Shown in pieces: positions 22,963-25,300 of a DNA stretch of 25,300 bases (within the stretch, counting starts at the first letter, position 1; every line of letters begins with the position of its first letter). This DNA comes from a virus (lineage: Duplodnaviria > Caudoviricetes). The stretch lies in the IMG/VR virus record IMGVR_UViG_3300042288_000537, positions 1 to 25,300 of that record. One strand, given 5' to 3'. A model generated the notes under the pieces. That model had not been told where the DNA came from. It worked only from the letters and a program-made list of their open reading frames with translations, and ran no database searches. The position numbers and the translations under genes are program-made.

Positions 22963-23083
22963 TTTGCTAACCCCTTGCGCCGCGTTCGGGCCGCGGTTGC
23001 CCTGTCGCGTTAGGCGACGTGCAGACTGTAACGCTATCGGCGTTACGTGTCAAGGCGCATTGGACATAATTCGAAAAATTTCG
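22963..23083 (-). promoter_or_regulatory. Repeated promoter-leader unit, copy 6 (early operon promoter) with a palindrome in the spacer
   Basis: TTGACA (23053-23048)-N17-TACAGT (23030-23025); GTAACGC-N5-GCGTTAC at 23028-23046; same TGTCCAATGCG upstream motif and hairpin leader. Confidence 0.8.
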
Positions 23084-23115
23084 GTAACGAACCCGCGCGG
23101 GGTATTATTCGACGC

Positions 23116-23526
23116 GTGGGGCGCGTACGAATCCGAACCAACACCGATACGACCGCGCAAGCAATCACCGCGACGCGCGACGACCTACGCGCGGCGTGGG
23201 CTATGGCCTGTCTCGTCCGTAGCGGGCGCCGCGTGCCGCGTTCCGTGGCCGTTGCCGTAACGGCCGACAGGCGCGCCCGTATCGACGTCTACCGAATCCT
23301 TCGCGCCATGTCGGAACGCGCGCCCCTGTCGCGGCCAACGTTTCTAGACGCACCGACGCGCCTAACGCGGGCGCCGACGATGCCGCAAATGCTAACGATG
23401 ATAGACACCCTTCGAACGACGCACGACCTAGCCGACCGCGAATTGGTGCGCGCGGCGGTGAACAATTACCGCGGCGTGATTCTCGCGAAGTTCCACCGCG
23501 AACAATCACGAAATGAGGGTGTCTAG
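23116..23526 (+). CDS. Divergently transcribed hypothetical protein (repressor-like position), probably leaderless
   Basis: The only + strand ORF not shadowing a minus gene. TTCGGT-N17-TATTAT (23080-23108) then an in-frame GTG at 23116. Confidence 0.5.
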   Translation: MGRVRIRTNTDTTAQAITATRDDLRAAWAMACLVRSGRRVPRSVAVAVTADRRARIDVYRILRAMSERAPLSRPTFLDAPTRLTRAPTMPQMLTMIDTLRTTHDLADRELVRAAVNNYRGVILAKFHREQSRNEGV

Positions 23527-24882
23527 AATGGTTTCGCCGCCCGCCGTGTTCGCGGGTAGCACGTAGCCATTTTCGTACATGGCAAAGAATCGGTCAAATT
23601 CGGTATTGAAAATCCCTTCGGCGTTGTTCGTGACCGTCAACCCTAGGTGGTCATTATTTACCCAATCGGTCGAACCCGCAAGGATTACGAACCCTTGCGA
23701 ACCGCGCGCCGATTGCCGTACTTCGGCCAACACCAATTCGTCTAGGTACATGATGCCGCCCGAATTGAGCGCGGTAGTCTGTTCGACCACCGCGTATACC
23801 GTAGACGGTAGCGATAGCGGCGCGCGGAAAAACGCGTATTGCCAACCGTACGTCGTTCCGACGGTATAGGGGAGCGAAACCGACGTACCCGATACGACGG
23901 TGCCGCTGTTGTCTTGCAACGAAACGCGCACCGTGCCCGCGCTTGCGCCCGCGTTCACACGCGCGGCAATCGCCAACACGTACAGACGGTCGGACGTAAT
24001 CGCGTGCGGCGTGCCCGCGTCGGCTTGCATTTGTTGGCGAACCTTCGCAAGCGTCGAACCGTCGCCAATCATTTTGAACGCCGAACCGCCGCGGTAGGTT
24101 ACGCTAGTTTCCTGCGCGAAGTGTGTACCCGCGGTGCCCGTACTCACCGTCCAATAGTCGGGGATATTCGCCGTCGTGTAATTCGTGAACGCGCCGTTTC
24201 GTAGCAATTGTTCGTAGCGCGCGCCCGTGTCTAGCGCGGCATTCAAGCATGACATAACGAACCGCGCGCCGCTACCCGAAGGGAATCGGTAGTCAAGGTT
24301 CGTATAGGCGGCTTGCCCGCGTACCTCGAAAATCTCCGAACCGCGCGCAATCTCGCCCGATTGCGAATCGGCGATACAACGGATTTGCAGACGTTCGGTG
24401 CGGATGTTCGGGAATTGGGTGATACCACCCTTTAGCCCTAGCGGGATAAGTTCCGTATACAACAACGTACCGTTTCCGACGTTGCCCGTACCGACGGCGA
24501 TAGCACCTTTGCTAATCGTCGTACCGTCCACCGTTTCGCTGTCGTTCGCCATTTCGCGAATAAGGAATTGGATAGCGTCGCCGACAGACTTCGACGGCAT
24601 CGGCGTACGCCCGCCCGCGATTGCTTCGGCGTAGCACATTTCGACCAACGTCGATTGGGAAGCGCGGCGGATGTCGTCAAGAATCGCGCCCGCGGCGGCC
24701 ACGCGTTGTTCCAATTGCGCGACCAAATCGCCGACCATATAAGAATCGGCCGAAGTGTATTCGGCTTGAATCGCGGCGATGCGCGTAACGATGTCCTGTT
24801 GGTGATTGCGAACGGCTTCGGCTAGGCCGAAGAGTTTTCCCAATCGTGTGAATAGCCCGTTGGAACCGTCGTACGTTAGCAT
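23506..24882 (-). CDS. Virion structural protein with a carbohydrate-binding-like beta-sandwich (tail/receptor-binding candidate)
   Basis: ATG at 24882 (GGAG RBS). LLRNGAF......PDYWT...VRQ...LYVL....V...YLDELVL resembles CBM-like domains. Confidence 0.6.
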   Translation of the reverse strand: MLTYDGSNGLFTRLGKLFGLAEAVRNHQQDIVTRIAAIQAEYTSADSYMVGDLVAQLEQRVAAAGAILDDIRRASQSTLVEMCYAEAIAGGRTPMPSKSVGDAIQFLIREMANDSETVDGTTISKGAIAVGTGNVGNGTLLYTELIPLGLKGGITQFPNIRTERLQIRCIADSQSGEIARGSEIFEVRGQAAYTNLDYRFPSGSGARFVMSCLNAALDTGARYEQLLRNGAFTNYTTANIPDYWTVSTGTAGTHFAQETSVTYRGGSAFKMIGDGSTLAKVRQQMQADAGTPHAITSDRLYVLAIAARVNAGASAGTVRVSLQDNSGTVVSGTSVSLPYTVGTTYGWQYAFFRAPLSLPSTVYAVVEQTTALNSGGIMYLDELVLAEVRQSARGSQGFVILAGSTDWVNNDHLGLTVTNNAEGIFNTEFDRFFAMYENGYVLPANTAGGETILDTLIS

Positions 24883-24887
24883 TCGCG

Positions 24888-25160
24888 TTACTCCGTAGGG
24901 GTAGTATCGGTGAACGGCACGGCGCGGTTTAGTGCGGCGCGACGTTCGGGGCATCGGCAATTCGGCGCGACCGCGTCCACGACGGCCGCAACGCCCGTAA
25001 CCGTCGCGGCAATCGCTACGACGTCGCCTAGCCCGCGCGGCTTGCCACTATACATTCGGCACGTATCACACTTCGGGCCGACGTCGCCGCCGACGCCCGC
25101 GTGTGTGCAGCGGGTGCCGTTCGCAAATCTGCACGGGTGGTCGTTACGTGAATGAGACAC
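24888..25160 (-). CDS. Small Cys-rich protein (RGLGD...TG...CxC..RR..LN)
   Basis: CRF...C...CDTC...PRGLGDVVAIAATVTGV...NCRCPERRAALNRAVPF. Probable GTG start at 25160. Confidence 0.6.
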   Translation of the reverse strand: MSHSRNDHPCRFANGTRCTHAGVGGDVGPKCDTCRMYSGKPRGLGDVVAIAATVTGVAAVVDAVAPNCRCPERRAALNRAVPFTDTTPTE

Positions 25161-25299
25161 TAGCGGTACCCGTATACGTGTGGCGTTGCGATAGCGCGGG
25201 GTCGACGTACGTAGCGTTTTGGAGTCGTATCGGGCCAATGATCGGGTACGCGTCCGATTCACGTAGAAAGGTAACTTCGATTCCCGCGGTTGGACAATT
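25144..25299 (-). CDS. 3' end of an upstream (probably structural) gene entering from beyond the window
   Basis: Open frame ...NCPTAGIEVTFLRESDAYPIIGPIRLQNATYVDPALSQRHTYTGTASVSFT* ends at TAA 25146-25144. Confidence 0.5.
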   Translation of the reverse strand, partial: NCPTAGIEVTFLRESDAYPIIGPIRLQNATYVDPALSQRHTYTGTASVSFT

Positions 25300-25300
25300 G

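Noticed and set aside
315-23013. The many other + strand ORFs and Arg-rich alternative-frame ORFs (e.g. 18705..19667, 5916..6707, 17583..18302)
   Set aside because: They overlap well-supported, tightly coupled minus-strand genes, show no motifs, and are expected in GC-rich DNA.
1-25300. Diversity-generating retroelement, retron or self-splicing intron
   Set aside because: No reverse-transcriptase motif, no template/variable repeat pair, and terL, portal and MCP are uninterrupted.

Overview
This window is about 25 kb of a GC-rich tailed dsDNA phage (HK97-type head). Almost every real gene lies on the minus strand, and most are coupled by ATGA/GTGA/TTGA overlaps. In transcription order (high to low coordinates) it holds: the end of a virion gene block (25.3-23.5 kb); one divergent + strand ORF; an early operon (RecE-like exonuclease, ERF annealase, replication initiator with an iteron origin, CsrA-like protein, HTH proteins, PAPS-reductase-family protein, N4/N6 DNA methyltransferase, tRNA-Leu(UAG)); an array of five promoter-leader-small ORF cassettes (15.2-12.3 kb); and a late operon (Holliday-junction resolvase, lysis-like membrane genes, Gly-rich fibre, terminase, portal-MuF fusion, prohead protease, major capsid protein, two paralogous decoration-like proteins, a methyltransferase-glycosyltransferase fusion, head-tail adaptor). 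The most striking unexplained structure is a roughly 120 bp regulatory unit present six times. It consists of a tandem upstream motif, a TTGACA-N16/17-TAnnnT promoter and a 5' leader with two covarying hairpins ahead of an AGGGG RBS. A Planctomycetota host is suggested by inference. All product calls come from motif recognition by eye; no searches were run.
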